IMG/VR virus record: IMGVR_UViG_2908567220_000006
Location: 1-43,859 of that record
Origin: a virus
Lineage: Duplodnaviria > Heunggongvirae > Uroviricota > Caudoviricetes
Reading direction: 5' to 3' (one strand)
DNA: 43,859 nt
Below, piece by piece: positions 1-8,579 of this stretch. The notes under the pieces were generated by a model. It did no database searches. It was given only the letters and a program-made list of their open reading frames with translations, and was not told where the DNA came from. The position numbers and the translations under genes are program-made. The first letter of the stretch is position 1; the number at the start of each line of letters is the position of its first letter.

Positions 1-660
1 CTATCCTTCCTGGACTTTGGTAAGCGTCAGATTTCCGCAGAACACTGCGCCGGTGTCGATGTACATCTGGTTTGCATACACCAGTGGGTGATGTGCTGGC
101 GTATGACCGAAGATGAACAAATCGGCACCGGTTATCTCCGAGACAATACCGTCCTGCGCGTCGCTAACCCGTTCACGATTCCATATCACCATTTCTTCTG
201 GTACTGGCTTATCGAATGCGTATTCGTTGTGCGGGTAGTCTGCGTGACAGATGACGACCTTCTTATTGCCGGTAACCAGTTCGATAATCATCGGGAGGTT
301 GGTAATCTTTGGCAGAAGGTATTTGAGTTGCACATCCTGCTCAGAATCAAGTTGGTGCCACCATCCACCGCCGTTTGACATCCAATGTCCGAAACTTCCG
401 CCGTTGACCAGTGCATCCAGCATCATCTGCTCATGGTTGCCACGAACAGCTCGGAACCACGGCATAGTAATCAAATCCAGGCATTCGACGTTTTCAGCGC
501 CGCGGTCAACAAGGTCACCAACGGAAATAAGTAAATCGCGCGCCGGGTCGAATGAAACTTTGTCGAGTTCGTTCATCAGCAGCGTGTAGCACCCATGCAG
601 ATCGCCGACGACGAAGATATTGCACCAGTCAGCGCCATTGATGCGTTGATATAGGTTCAT
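1..660 (-). CDS. PPP-family serine/threonine protein phosphatase (lambda NinI/PP-lambda-like)
   Basis: Translation contains metallophosphatase signatures GDLHG, GDLVDRG and GNHE. Start taken at MNLYQRING (ATG 658-660), overlapping the upstream gene stop; the ORF-track 1..780 N-terminal extension is not used. Confidence 0.85.
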   Translation of the reverse strand: MNLYQRINGADWCNIFVVGDLHGCYTLLMNELDKVSFDPARDLLISVGDLVDRGAENVECLDLITMPWFRAVRGNHEQMMLDALVNGGSFGHWMSNGGGWWHQLDSEQDVQLKYLLPKITNLPMIIELVTGNKKVVICHADYPHNEYAFDKPVPEEMVIWNRERVSDAQDGIVSEITGADLFIFGHTPAHHPLVYANQMYIDTGAVFCGNLTLTKVQEG

Positions 661-1307
661 GCTGCACGCTCCCGCCCCTGGTTGTCTATTGGTGACACCG
701 GAGCATTGCTGAATGCATTTGTTAATCCGCCAATATCCAACTCGTATCCAGGGTGTAGTTGCACTGCCGGGTCTTCGCACTGATTACCCCAAACATCGAA
801 GCCATGAGACGACTGGCGGGCGAACAGTTCAATGCGAGAAACATCGCCTAACAATTGCACAAGTTTTTCACGAACGACATCTGGTTTTCTTGAATGCTCA
901 AGCCGCGGTGCGGTAAATGACTGAACGATCCCTGCATTAATGCGCGGAGGTAGTTTTCCCTTTACTGCAAACAGGCAATCTTCACTATTGGCGCGAGTCA
1001 TGTGTCCCATACCCATAACCAGTTTATCTGGTTGTCGACTACCACATTTTATCCACGTGAAGCCCTTCATGGTCATCAGACGGAATCCCCAGGCTTCAAC
1101 AACTTTTAGTGCTTCGAGTGGTTGTGTTGGCACCCACCACATGGCCAACAGACAGTTTTCATCGGCCAAATCCCACACAGGAAGGCGGCAGATATCCAGC
1201 ACACTCATAACCGGATATTTAAAACCGGCACCGCGATTACCATCTGCGGCTTTGTCCCGGTATACCCAGGGTGGATCTGCATAGATTAGTGTGTATTTCT
1301 TAGTCAT
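657..1307 (-). CDS. MT-A70 family DNA N6-adenine methyltransferase
   Basis: Catalytic DPPW motif (YADPPWVY) near the N-terminus, about 216 aa; stop overlaps the phosphatase start (ATGA). Confidence 0.8.
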   Translation of the reverse strand: MTKKYTLIYADPPWVYRDKAADGNRGAGFKYPVMSVLDICRLPVWDLADENCLLAMWWVPTQPLEALKVVEAWGFRLMTMKGFTWIKCGSRQPDKLVMGMGHMTRANSEDCLFAVKGKLPPRINAGIVQSFTAPRLEHSRKPDVVREKLVQLLGDVSRIELFARQSSHGFDVWGNQCEDPAVQLHPGYELDIGGLTNAFSNAPVSPIDNQGRERAA

Positions 1308-1599
1308 AAACCACCCCGCAACATCCTATGCCGCTATAGTCGCCACGGCGAAGGCCGTTACCTTTTGTGATACATTGGTCCCTGCGAACCGCGATCCTTG
1401 CACGCTCAACATCACCAGAAGCAACATCCATACACTGAAGCCAAAGGTGGGCGGCAATGCGGAACTGCCCTTTTTTCTCTCTTTCAATCGCGCGTTTTTC
1501 GATCTCTATCGCCGCAGGAGTAACGGCAACAACCTTTGAAGGGCTGCGCATTGAAACCTTGTTCATGTGATATTTTTCAAGTCGGCTTAACTTTCTCAC
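1300..1599 (-). CDS. hypothetical protein
   Basis: ORF in operon context with apparent GTG start; an alternative ATG (MNKVS) lies at about 1566. No recognisable motif. Confidence 0.35.
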   Translation of the reverse strand: MRKLSRLEKYHMNKVSMRSPSKVVAVTPAAIEIEKRAIEREKKGQFRIAAHLWLQCMDVASGDVERARIAVRRDQCITKGNGLRRGDYSGIGCCGVVYD

Positions 1600-1708
1600 T
1601 TAATCCAACCCTCTCTGAAAATTAATGCCAGCAGATAAAGCCATGCTGAAACAGAGGCCAGGAATAAGTACCATCCTGACCATTTGCTCCAGTGCCTTAG
1701 CAGCACAC

Positions 1709-1957
1709 TCATGCCGCGTTGCTCACGGGACGATATACACGTTGCTGAACAGGAGGTTTTTTACCCTGGAACTCTTCCGGACTTGCTGCCTGACGTTCAT
1801 CAAGCCAACGCTCAACTTCATCACGGTTCCATGCGCAGCGTTTATCGGTGATATACCAGCGTTTAGGAAATTCCCCTGCGCGCTCCATACGATCGATAGT
1901 GCTCCATGACAGTGGCACCACCGCCAGGAGTTCCTTCTTACCTAATGCACCTTTCAT
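1709..1957 (-). CDS. AlpA-family transcriptional regulator / excisionase-like protein
   Basis: 82 aa with an AlpA/Vis/Xis-like HTH pattern (SWSTIDRMERAGEFPKRWYI...WNRDEVERWL). Confidence 0.7.
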   Translation of the reverse strand: MKGALGKKELLAVVPLSWSTIDRMERAGEFPKRWYITDKRCAWNRDEVERWLDERQAASPEEFQGKKPPVQQRVYRPVSNAA

Positions 1958-2006
1958 AAATACCTCTCTTGGTTGCAGTGCGGCGCGTGTGGCGCCGCGG
2001 TGGTGG

Positions 2007-3029
2007 TTACTCGAATTCTGGACGCATATCGTTAAGCGTCATCATGAATTTTTGGTGATATTCATCACCGAGCTTTTCAGCCATGGTGTTAATCTCATTT
2101 TCAGCGCGCTTGAACATCGTTTTTGCATCTTCAGCAGATGGATCCAGGCTATTAAGTATCGCGATGATATATTCTCGAGCTTCTTCTCGTTCTGAATCTG
2201 AAATTGGCGACAGGTGTTGACGCTCATCGTCAACTACGGAATATTCACCAGTGATAACAGCTGCGTTATCTTGGCTAAGTCCAGCTTCAGCGCGCTCATC
2301 CATAACAACAGCCTTCTGCATTTCAATAGAAACAGGAAGATATTTGAATAGTCGGCGAATTACTGTTTTTTTAGCCATCTCATCGAAGTGATCAACCCAT
2401 GGGCCACTGCTACCGGCTTTGCTCAGTGCACGAACTTTCTCAATGTCTGCCCGGCTCATAACTTCAAATTGGACTCCGCCATCTTTCAGTCGTGCAACGG
2501 CGTAAACGTGCGTTAATTCTCCTCGGTCACCTGTTTCGCAAGGTAAATGCTCGAGCGTTTCTTCCAGGCCGTATGAGTAGCTGAATTTGTCGTTTGTATG
2601 TACGGTACGAGCCGAGATACTCAGGATCTGCCCAGAGCGGCGGGCAAGGTCAATCATTCCGCGATAGCCGATAATCAGCTGTGCTTCTGTAGATACGGTT
2701 TCCCATCTTCCATTTACTTTCTGGCGTTTGTCGAACGGTATCAGGTAAGCGTGTCCAAGAGCTCCGCCTGGTTCAAGACCCAATTGGGCACATTGCATAA
2801 TTGCCCCCAGGAAGCTGGCTTGGTCGCATGATGCAAGTTTTGGAACCTTTCGGATCTCTGTGGTTGCTATGCGCGCCAGACGGTCTGCTGTCATGTGCTT
2901 TGGAAGTGCCAAAGCCATCTGAGCTTTAATTTTTGGGTCTGCCAGAAGTCCGGCCAGAGTTGTTGGTTTCTCATTATGATGTGCAACTTGGTTACCGGTA
3001 GCCGCTGCCTTAAGTGCATTGATAGACAT
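2007..3029 (-). CDS. recT: RecT-family single-strand annealing recombinase
   Basis: 340 aa; position directly downstream of a YqaJ exonuclease gene; RecT-like core sequence with acidic C-terminal tail. Confidence 0.8.
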   Translation of the reverse strand: MSINALKAAATGNQVAHHNEKPTTLAGLLADPKIKAQMALALPKHMTADRLARIATTEIRKVPKLASCDQASFLGAIMQCAQLGLEPGGALGHAYLIPFDKRQKVNGRWETVSTEAQLIIGYRGMIDLARRSGQILSISARTVHTNDKFSYSYGLEETLEHLPCETGDRGELTHVYAVARLKDGGVQFEVMSRADIEKVRALSKAGSSGPWVDHFDEMAKKTVIRRLFKYLPVSIEMQKAVVMDERAEAGLSQDNAAVITGEYSVVDDERQHLSPISDSEREEAREYIIAILNSLDPSAEDAKTMFKRAENEINTMAEKLGDEYHQKFMMTLNDMRPEFE

Positions 3030-3038
3030 TTTTTCTCC

Positions 3039-3938
3039 TTACTTCATTCTGAAGACGCGTTGTGTCGTTGTTGTTTTGAATTTTTCGAATAACTCAGGGT
3101 GTACTGACTGGAATAGCTTCTGGTCGAATCTGTTGCTGATCTGAGATTTCCATGTGCAGAGCGGCTTTCCGTCCAGGGTCAGGACTGAGTGCTCTTGCAT
3201 GTACATCTTCAGCTTCTCTTCTGATATAGCTATTTCTTCTTCCAGTGATTTTCTGCGTGACTTCATGTCTCGTAGATCGTTGAATAGTGCGAGTGCCTTT
3301 CCGTCAGCCTCGATACTTGTCCCGGCATCTTTCTCAAACATCAGCGATATATCGCTTACGCTGGTAGCTTCCGGCGGGTTAAGATTTTTCACTCGGTCCC
3401 AGAAAGCGATTTCTTTTTCTAAGATTGCCTGGATAGTTTCTTCATCACGCTCAACCCGATAGATTCGGAAGTCGTCGCCACCGATAAGCACACCGAAAAC
3501 GCATACCTGTTTGTTTGTAACCATCAACCCGTGCATGGCCTGGGCCGTGTAATGCACAGGAATTGCATCTGTCTGGATTTCTCCCCATTCTTTGGCTTTG
3601 AACGGACTAACTGTTTTGATCTCAATGTTCTCGCCTGACGCTGCTTCTGCATCGATCTCAGCTGCAATAAAATCGTAATCACGGTGGATATAGCGGTTTC
3701 CGCGATGAACGATTTCCATCCCTGTTTCCTCAGAAAGCAGGTCTATTACGTATGGCTCCATACGCTGGCCACGCGTGAAAACTTTCTGCTTGCTTGGGTC
3801 TACTGGTTTGACACGTGGCTGTACCTTATCCAGATAAACCTCAAGCGGTGTGCGCCATGGGCTAATTCCAAGAATCCCTGCAACATCGCTTCCTCCGATG
3901 TATTTTGTTCTATCCATGATTCCAGCGTTCCGCATCAT
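3039..3938 (-). CDS. YqaJ-type viral recombinase exonuclease
   Basis: 299 aa; N-terminal motif KYIGGSDVAGILGISPWRTPLEVY typical of YqaJ/lambda-Exo-like nucleases; paired with RecT. Confidence 0.8.
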   Translation of the reverse strand: MMRNAGIMDRTKYIGGSDVAGILGISPWRTPLEVYLDKVQPRVKPVDPSKQKVFTRGQRMEPYVIDLLSEETGMEIVHRGNRYIHRDYDFIAAEIDAEAASGENIEIKTVSPFKAKEWGEIQTDAIPVHYTAQAMHGLMVTNKQVCVFGVLIGGDDFRIYRVERDEETIQAILEKEIAFWDRVKNLNPPEATSVSDISLMFEKDAGTSIEADGKALALFNDLRDMKSRRKSLEEEIAISEEKLKMYMQEHSVLTLDGKPLCTWKSQISNRFDQKLFQSVHPELFEKFKTTTTQRVFRMK

Positions 3939-4234
3939 GCCGCGTCCCTCTGTCCATCAAGCTGATCAGCCAGATCCCAGCGGGCGATAATTGCCATTGC
4001 CTCGCGCCGGTAGGAATCCATCAGTTCTTCGAACTCTGGACTGTCTTTAGCGGCCTCCAGTACTTCCTGGCGAACGCCTTTACCTGTTACAGCGTCGAAA
4101 GTTGAGGCTAGTTGATGAAGCCGGATGCTCTCGATCAGTTCAACTTGTCGGTCATATAGCTGTTCTGACAGGCGGTAGTCCTTGTCGAATGCCAGCATGA
4201 TTTTTTGAAGATTTTTCTGCTGATTAACGTTCAT
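3935..4234 (-). CDS. hypothetical early protein
   Basis: Start taken at MNVNQQ, which has a GGGAGGG Shine-Dalgarno 5 nt upstream; overlaps the exonuclease start. Confidence 0.5.
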   Translation of the reverse strand: MNVNQQKNLQKIMLAFDKDYRLSEQLYDRQVELIESIRLHQLASTFDAVTGKGVRQEVLEAAKDSPEFEELMDSYRREAMAIIARWDLADQLDGQRDAA

Positions 4235-4236
4235 TA

Positions 4237-4389
4237 TCAGCCCTCCCATATCTCGTTATCGTTGGCTACATCGCGAGCTTCTTTGCTGACGAAAGCCCAC
4301 TTAATGCCTTCCTGTAAGGTGCGGAACTTCCAGCTCATGAATCCGCATGCAGTAACGCAGCACCAACCGTTGATGATTTTCCACTGCAT
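4237..4389 (-). CDS. small Cys/Trp-rich hypothetical protein (50 aa)
   Basis: Own translation: MQWKIINGWCCVTACGFMSWKF...; first gene downstream of the putative leftward early promoter, the position occupied by kil/cIII-like genes in lambdoid phages. Below the ORF-track size cutoff. Confidence 0.3.
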   Translation of the reverse strand: MQWKIINGWCCVTACGFMSWKFRTLQEGIKWAFVSKEARDVANDNEIWEG

Positions 4390-4408
4390 AATTTGTTACC
4401 TCGGCTTG

Positions 4409-4485
4409 TTACCGTTGAGGTAATGATTATGCGTATTTGGTTTGGTGTCAATAGATATGAGTTAAAAAAATTACCCTTTAGGTAA
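4409..4485. promoter_or_regulatory. oL-like operator pair (TTACC-N5-GGTAA at 4409-4423 and 4471-4485) with leftward early promoter
   Basis: Two perfect copies of the 15-bp palindrome between the repressor gene 3' end and the first early-left gene. Confidence 0.55.
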
Positions 4486-4493
4486 TCAAACAG

Positions 4494-4520
4494 GCAATAA
4501 AAAAGCCGCCAGAAGGCGGC
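4494..4520 (-). terminator. intrinsic terminator downstream of repressor gene
   Basis: GCCGCC-AGAA-GGCGGC hairpin followed on the minus strand by a T-run, about 25 bp after the repressor stop. Confidence 0.5.
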
Positions 4521-4542
4521 TTACTTACTGAAAAATATGATT

Positions 4543-5127
4543 TTATTGTTTGTTTTTTTCGTTCTGGTTGATGACAAATTCAATGTAACTTTCGATCTTT
4601 GCTTTCTCGGTTTCGGGTAACAATGCGTAGCGCGAGCGGTCATAGTTGATGGTCGCAGGGTCGTGCGGGTGAATCAGTAATTCATAGCCGTGACGCCCGA
4701 ATGCGGATGCAACATTCTCCAGGGTGGAAATGGAAACGCTGACCTCATTGTTTAACAGGCGGCTGATTGTCACCTGGGAGACGCCAGATGCGCGGTGAAG
4801 TTTTCCCTGTGTTGAAAGGTCGCGGCTTTCGCTCATCCAGCGTTCCAGGTTGTGAGCCGCCAGTTGACCAATGTCGCTTGGTCCGACAGGCTGAAAACCT
4901 TCCTGAGAAAGCGAGCGATCGATATCAAGCCAGTTACGGGGTTTATTGGCGGCAGCTTCGATTTTTCGCGCAACCTGGTCGCCGATAACCTTCTTGCCAA
5001 GAGCCCAGCGGTTTACCAGATTTGCCTGAGTTCCAAGTTTTTCTGCCATCCGCGTCTGAACACCATTGAATTCACGGTCGATCAAGTCGTTGAGATTTTG
5101 CCTGCGGACGTCCTGGATACTTTTCAT
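4543..5127 (-). CDS. CI-like phage repressor with two tandem XRE-type HTH domains
   Basis: 194 aa; two HTH-like segments (GVQTRMAEKLGTQANLVNRW and LHRASGVSQVTISRLLNNE); divergent from a Cro-like gene; no S24 peptidase motif is apparent. Confidence 0.7.
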   Translation of the reverse strand: MKSIQDVRRQNLNDLIDREFNGVQTRMAEKLGTQANLVNRWALGKKVIGDQVARKIEAAANKPRNWLDIDRSLSQEGFQPVGPSDIGQLAAHNLERWMSESRDLSTQGKLHRASGVSQVTISRLLNNEVSVSISTLENVASAFGRHGYELLIHPHDPATINYDRSRYALLPETEKAKIESYIEFVINQNEKNKQ

Positions 5128-5182
5128 TTTCTGGAAAATCGCCTCATATCTGAATCAGAAGATGATTCAATTTAAAGCAATA

Positions 5183-5245
5183 TTACCCAACAGGTAAATG
5201 CACCTCATGGGTAACTATCCTTGATTTTTGTTACCTTATAGGTGA
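5183..5245. promoter_or_regulatory. oR-like operator cluster with divergent pRM-like and pR-like promoters
   Basis: Three palindrome copies in the 154-bp repressor-cro intergenic region: 5183-5197 perfect, 5200-5214 GCACC..GGTAA, 5231-5245 TTACC..GGTGA. Candidate pR: -35 TTGATT 5221-5226, -10 GAATAT 5244-5249. Confidence 0.6.
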
Positions 5246-5281
5246 ATATTTATTATCTGAAATAAATATCAGGCAATAGCT

Positions 5282-5512
5282 ATGAGCGATAACGGACATT
5301 TCGATTTCAAAAAGCACTGGCTTGCACTTACTCCGGATGAGCGTGAAGCCTTCGCACAGGAAGCCGGAACGACGAGTCACTATATCCAGACTCACTTAAC
5401 AGGTAAGCGCAAAATGCCAGGTAAGGTATTGATGGATGGGCTTTTTAAAGCCTGTAAATCAAGACAATGGCTGCGCTCAAAAGCAGAACTGGCATACTTC
5501 TTCTACTCATGA
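5282..5512 (+). CDS. Cro-like / YdaS-type small HTH regulator
   Basis: 76 aa, divergent from the repressor, transcribed from the operator region. Confidence 0.6.
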   Translation: MSDNGHFDFKKHWLALTPDEREAFAQEAGTTSHYIQTHLTGKRKMPGKVLMDGLFKACKSRQWLRSKAELAYFFYS

Positions 5513-5533
5513 TATCCAGCCACAACCCTCTGT

Positions 5534-5557
5534 AGACCGCCATCCGGCGGTCTTTTC
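5534..5557 (+). terminator. intrinsic terminator after cro (tR1-like)
   Basis: Perfect 8-bp stem AGACCGCC-ATCC-GGCGGTCT followed by TTTTC; a palindrome copy (5568-5582) lies immediately downstream. Confidence 0.6.
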
Positions 5558-5663
5558 ATATCTATTCGTACCTCAAAGGTAATAAAAAACCAAATATGGT
5601 TGATCTTTTTTTTTGTGTCAGCACAAAATAACCGTAATCCCAATACTAATAACAGGGCTTACC

Positions 5664-5864
5664 ATGGAAATCATTACACGTATTGATGCCGCAAAGCGCG
5701 GACTTAAACGCTACTACACCGGAAAACCATGTAAGCACGGACATGACAGTGAACGCTGGGTTTACAACGGACACTGTGTTGAGTGCACCATGGAATCAAA
5801 CCGTCGCATCAGGGCAGAGATTAAGCAGATCATGATTAATTCCTCCCCACAACACTCAAGCTGA
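5664..5864 (+). CDS. small putative zinc-binding protein in cII position
   Basis: Start taken at MEIITRIDAAKRG; Cys/His cluster (CKHGH...CVEC). Confidence 0.4.
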   Translation: MEIITRIDAAKRGLKRYYTGKPCKHGHDSERWVYNGHCVECTMESNRRIRAEIKQIMINSSPQHSS

Positions 5865-5879
5865 TAGCGGAGATTAATC

Positions 5880-6695
5880 ATGAGCAGACATGCAACAGAT
5901 TGGGCCTGGGAGACAGATCCAGGTAGCTCATCATTAAAGCTCATACTGCTCTCGATGGCTGACAGAGCCGATGAATATAACCTCTGCTACCCCAGCATAG
6001 AACGCCTCGTTAAAGACACTTGCCTGAATAAAAAAACCGTGCAGGCCGGGCTTATATCGCTCATGAAAATGGGGCTTATTTCAGATACCGGAGATAGAAA
6101 GGGAGCGACAAAAAGAGTGCGGGTTTTCTCTCTTAATATAACCAAAAACGGGAACATTAAAGGCAACCGGGAAGGGGGTAATGAACCCGAAAACGGTAAT
6201 GTTACCGAAAACGGGAATATACCCAAAAACGGGATGTTGAATGATCCCAAAAACGGGATGTTGAATGATCCCAAAAACGGGATCCAGAACCAGTCATATA
6301 ACCAGTCATTTAACCAAGAGAGGGAGAGCAGGACAAAAAGCGGGGATTCTGTGCCTCATGACCCCGGCGCAAACAACGCCGTGATGAATAACTTTGTTCC
6401 TCCTGGTTGGCCAGGGCAATTAGGCAAATTTGTCATGCATGAACAATGGCAACCATCAGATGACTTTCTTCGGAAAAGCTCATTGCAGGGGATCTACCTG
6501 GACAGTCTGCCAACGGCACAGGAACTTGCAGAGTTCAGAATTTACTGGATGGCTGAGGGTAAGGCATACCATCAGGCACAGTGGGAGCAGAAGCTGGCAA
6601 GGAGGCTGCAGATTAGCAGACAGAAGCAATCAACATTACCTGATAACAACGTTCCGCACTGGAACAGCCCTGAAGCATGGGAGGATTTCTTGTGA
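5880..6695 (+). CDS. replication initiator (O-like; N-terminal winged-HTH, C-terminal DnaT-like domain)
   Basis: 271 aa; Asn/Gly-rich repetitive linker encoded by iteron-like DNA repeats; directly upstream of the P-like helicase loader. Confidence 0.7.
   Translation: MSRHATDWAWETDPGSSSLKLILLSMADRADEYNLCYPSIERLVKDTCLNKKTVQAGLISLMKMGLISDTGDRKGATKRVRVFSLNITKNGNIKGNREGGNEPENGNVTENGNIPKNGMLNDPKNGMLNDPKNGIQNQSYNQSFNQERESRTKSGDSVPHDPGANNAVMNNFVPPGWPGQLGKFVMHEQWQPSDDFLRKSSLQGIYLDSLPTAQELAEFRIYWMAEGKAYHQAQWEQKLARRLQISRQKQSTLPDNNVPHWNSPEAWEDFL
6140..6285. repeat. iteron array (putative replication origin) inside initiator gene
   Basis: Six copies of CC(C/G)AAAACGGGAA-like units spaced 18-24 bp, including a perfect tandem 24-bp duplication cccaaaaacgggatgttgaatgat at 6222-6269. 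Confidence 0.55.
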
Positions 6696-7477
6696 ACAAC
6701 GTTTTTACCGCGATACAAAACCGTGACGGAGAAGCCCTTTCTCGCATGTCAGGTTATGAGCATCAGTACACCAACAATGATAACGTGGTGAACATGTCAG
6801 CAGAGAGGCTTGTTGATGCCCTTTTCAAACAGCTGAAACAACTGTTTCCGGCGGCAGTGGTAACCAACCTGAAGACGCCAGAGCAGGAAGTTGCTGCAAA
6901 ACAGCAGTGGATTGCTGCGTTTGCCGAAGGGGGGATCCGAACCCGTGAACAGGTTTCTGCTGGTATGCGCCACGCCCGCGCCAGTGAATCTCCGTTCTGG
7001 CCGTCGCCTGGGCAATTCATCAAGTGGTGTAAAGACAGCAAGATGGTTCTTGGCGTCACCATTGACGATGTGATGGCGGAGTTTAACCGGTACAGCAAGG
7101 AAAAAAGTTTATATCCTGGTGGTCCCGAAAGATTCCCGTGGCGACATCCGGTTATGTACTGGGTCGTATGTGATACCCGCCGTGCAATGTATCAGCGCCA
7201 GCTTAGCGAGATTGAGGTTGAGAAACACGCGCGCAAGCTGCTCGATGATTGGGCGAAAAAGGTGGCTTCCGGACAGCAGATACCCGATCCGGTGATCAGC
7301 ATACAGGCAAAGCCAGAACCCATGAGTACACCTCCGGACACAGGGAGAGACGTTTACCATCCACCAGGGCGAAGTTTCGGGTGCATGCCTAACGCCGCCA
7401 CCCTTGGTGGAATAACACCGGCGCAGTGGCTGATGGAGGAATACAGGCGAGGAAAGGCGGCAGGATTTATCAAGTAA
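6692..7477 (+). CDS. replication protein P-like helicase loader
   Basis: Motif SPFWPSPGQFIKWCKD matches the recalled lambda P motif RPFLPSPGQFVAWCRE. GTG start at 6692 with GGGAGG SD preferred over the ORF-track ATG at 6677. Confidence 0.75.
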   Translation: MNNVFTAIQNRDGEALSRMSGYEHQYTNNDNVVNMSAERLVDALFKQLKQLFPAAVVTNLKTPEQEVAAKQQWIAAFAEGGIRTREQVSAGMRHARASESPFWPSPGQFIKWCKDSKMVLGVTIDDVMAEFNRYSKEKSLYPGGPERFPWRHPVMYWVVCDTRRAMYQRQLSEIEVEKHARKLLDDWAKKVASGQQIPDPVISIQAKPEPMSTPPDTGRDVYHPPGRSFGCMPNAATLGGITPAQWLMEEYRRGKAAGFIK

Positions 7478-7514
7478 TACCAGCGCGATAGCGCATTTTT
7501 TTACGCCTCGACAA

Positions 7515-7591
7515 TTACCTGTTAGGTAATAAAATATTCTAAAATCTATTGATTTCGTGTCTTATGTGGTTTTTAATTACCTTAGAGGTAA
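7515..7591. promoter_or_regulatory. two palindrome copies (7515-7529, 7577-7591) upstream of nin-like operon
   Basis: Perfect TTACC-N5-GGTAA copies; the second overlaps the Shine-Dalgarno of the gene starting at 7595. Confidence 0.5.
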
Positions 7592-7594
7592 ATC

Positions 7595-7939
7595 ATGAGA
7601 AAACAGATACAGGCTCTTGGTCGACTCAAAACAGGCCAGATGAACAAAACAGAATCTGCGTATTGCCAGCACCTTGAGCAGCGTAAACGTGCAGGGGAAG
7701 TCGCCTGGTATCGGTTCGAGGGTATCAAGCTGCGGCTGGCTGACAACACGTTTTATACGCCCGATTTCGCTGTGATGCTCGCCACCGGAGAGATGGAACT
7801 GCACGAAGTGAAAGGTTTCTGGACCGACGACGCCAGGGTGAAAATCAAAGTCGCCGCAGATCAGTATCCGTTCCGAATCATCGGGGTAACGGTTAAACCA
7901 AAGAAAGCAGGTGGTGGCTGGAAAATCGAAGAGTTCTGA
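7595..7939 (+). CDS. DUF1064-like phage protein (inferred)
   Basis: 114 aa; family assignment is from memory of the motif pattern, not a search. Confidence 0.45.
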   Translation: MRKQIQALGRLKTGQMNKTESAYCQHLEQRKRAGEVAWYRFEGIKLRLADNTFYTPDFAVMLATGEMELHEVKGFWTDDARVKIKVAADQYPFRIIGVTVKPKKAGGGWKIEEF

Positions 7940-8000
7940 ATCGACGATCTTTTTAGTTACCAATGTAATCAATAAGTTATGTGGATAAGCGAGGGTAAAG

Positions 8001-8579
8001 ATGGAAAGTAATATTAAAGGGTTAGTTTCCGCCGGGCATGAGATGGCTTCGGAACTGAAAGCAGAATGTGGTGCCGTTGATATGCGCAGTGTGGCAAAGC
8101 TGATCAGCGATTTGGCAACGCAACTGGAAGTGCAACTGGTGCGTGCTAATGTGCTGGCCGAAGACCACCAGAAAGCGATTGAGTCAATTAAGCAGGCTGA
8201 TGCGGCTGTTAAGTTTGCACACGAGAAGTTTTCAGCGCTGGCGGCGGAGAATGCGGGGCTGAAGTCTGGCGCTATGGACGAAATCAAGGTTATCAACCGT
8301 GGAGGGCAGGCATATTGCGTAAAAGATGGAGTGCAAGTTAATCCCATGTATGCAAGAGGGTGGAATGACTATCGCGCAAAGTCTCTGCAATCAGACACCC
8401 CAGCCACCGACTCTTTCCTGTCTGAAGTACGGGCGCAGGGGGTGGATATGGCTCGTAACGCGATGATTGATTTTGTTGATGGTGAAGTTGGGCCAAACAA
8501 GAACGTTCCGGGGCTGATTAGAGGCGCAGAGATATGCGTAAGTATTGCTGAACAGCTTCGCAAAGGAGGCAGCCAGTGA
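8001..8579 (+). CDS. hypothetical phage protein
   Basis: 192-aa ORF in a compact plus-strand operon. Confidence 0.5.
   Translation: MESNIKGLVSAGHEMASELKAECGAVDMRSVAKLISDLATQLEVQLVRANVLAEDHQKAIESIKQADAAVKFAHEKFSALAAENAGLKSGAMDEIKVINRGGQAYCVKDGVQVNPMYARGWNDYRAKSLQSDTPATDSFLSEVRAQGVDMARNAMIDFVDGEVGPNKNVPGLIRGAEICVSIAEQLRKGGSQ

Noticed and set aside
1-780. Longer N-terminal extension of the phosphatase ORF (start at 780)
   Set aside because: The extension overlaps the methyltransferase gene and lacks an SD; the ATG at 660 gives a protein of typical PP-lambda length with an ATGA overlap to the upstream stop.
6140-6285. Regularly spaced short repeats that might suggest a CRISPR array
   Set aside because: Repeats are 18-24 bp apart with no unique spacers, lie inside a protein-coding gene in frame, and fit replication-origin iterons; no cas genes are present.
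7577-8347. Long minus-strand ORF (256 aa) in the ORF track
   Set aside because: It is antisense to three well-supported plus-strand genes, has no SD and a low-complexity Ser/Ala/Cys-rich translation; treated as a spurious antisense frame.
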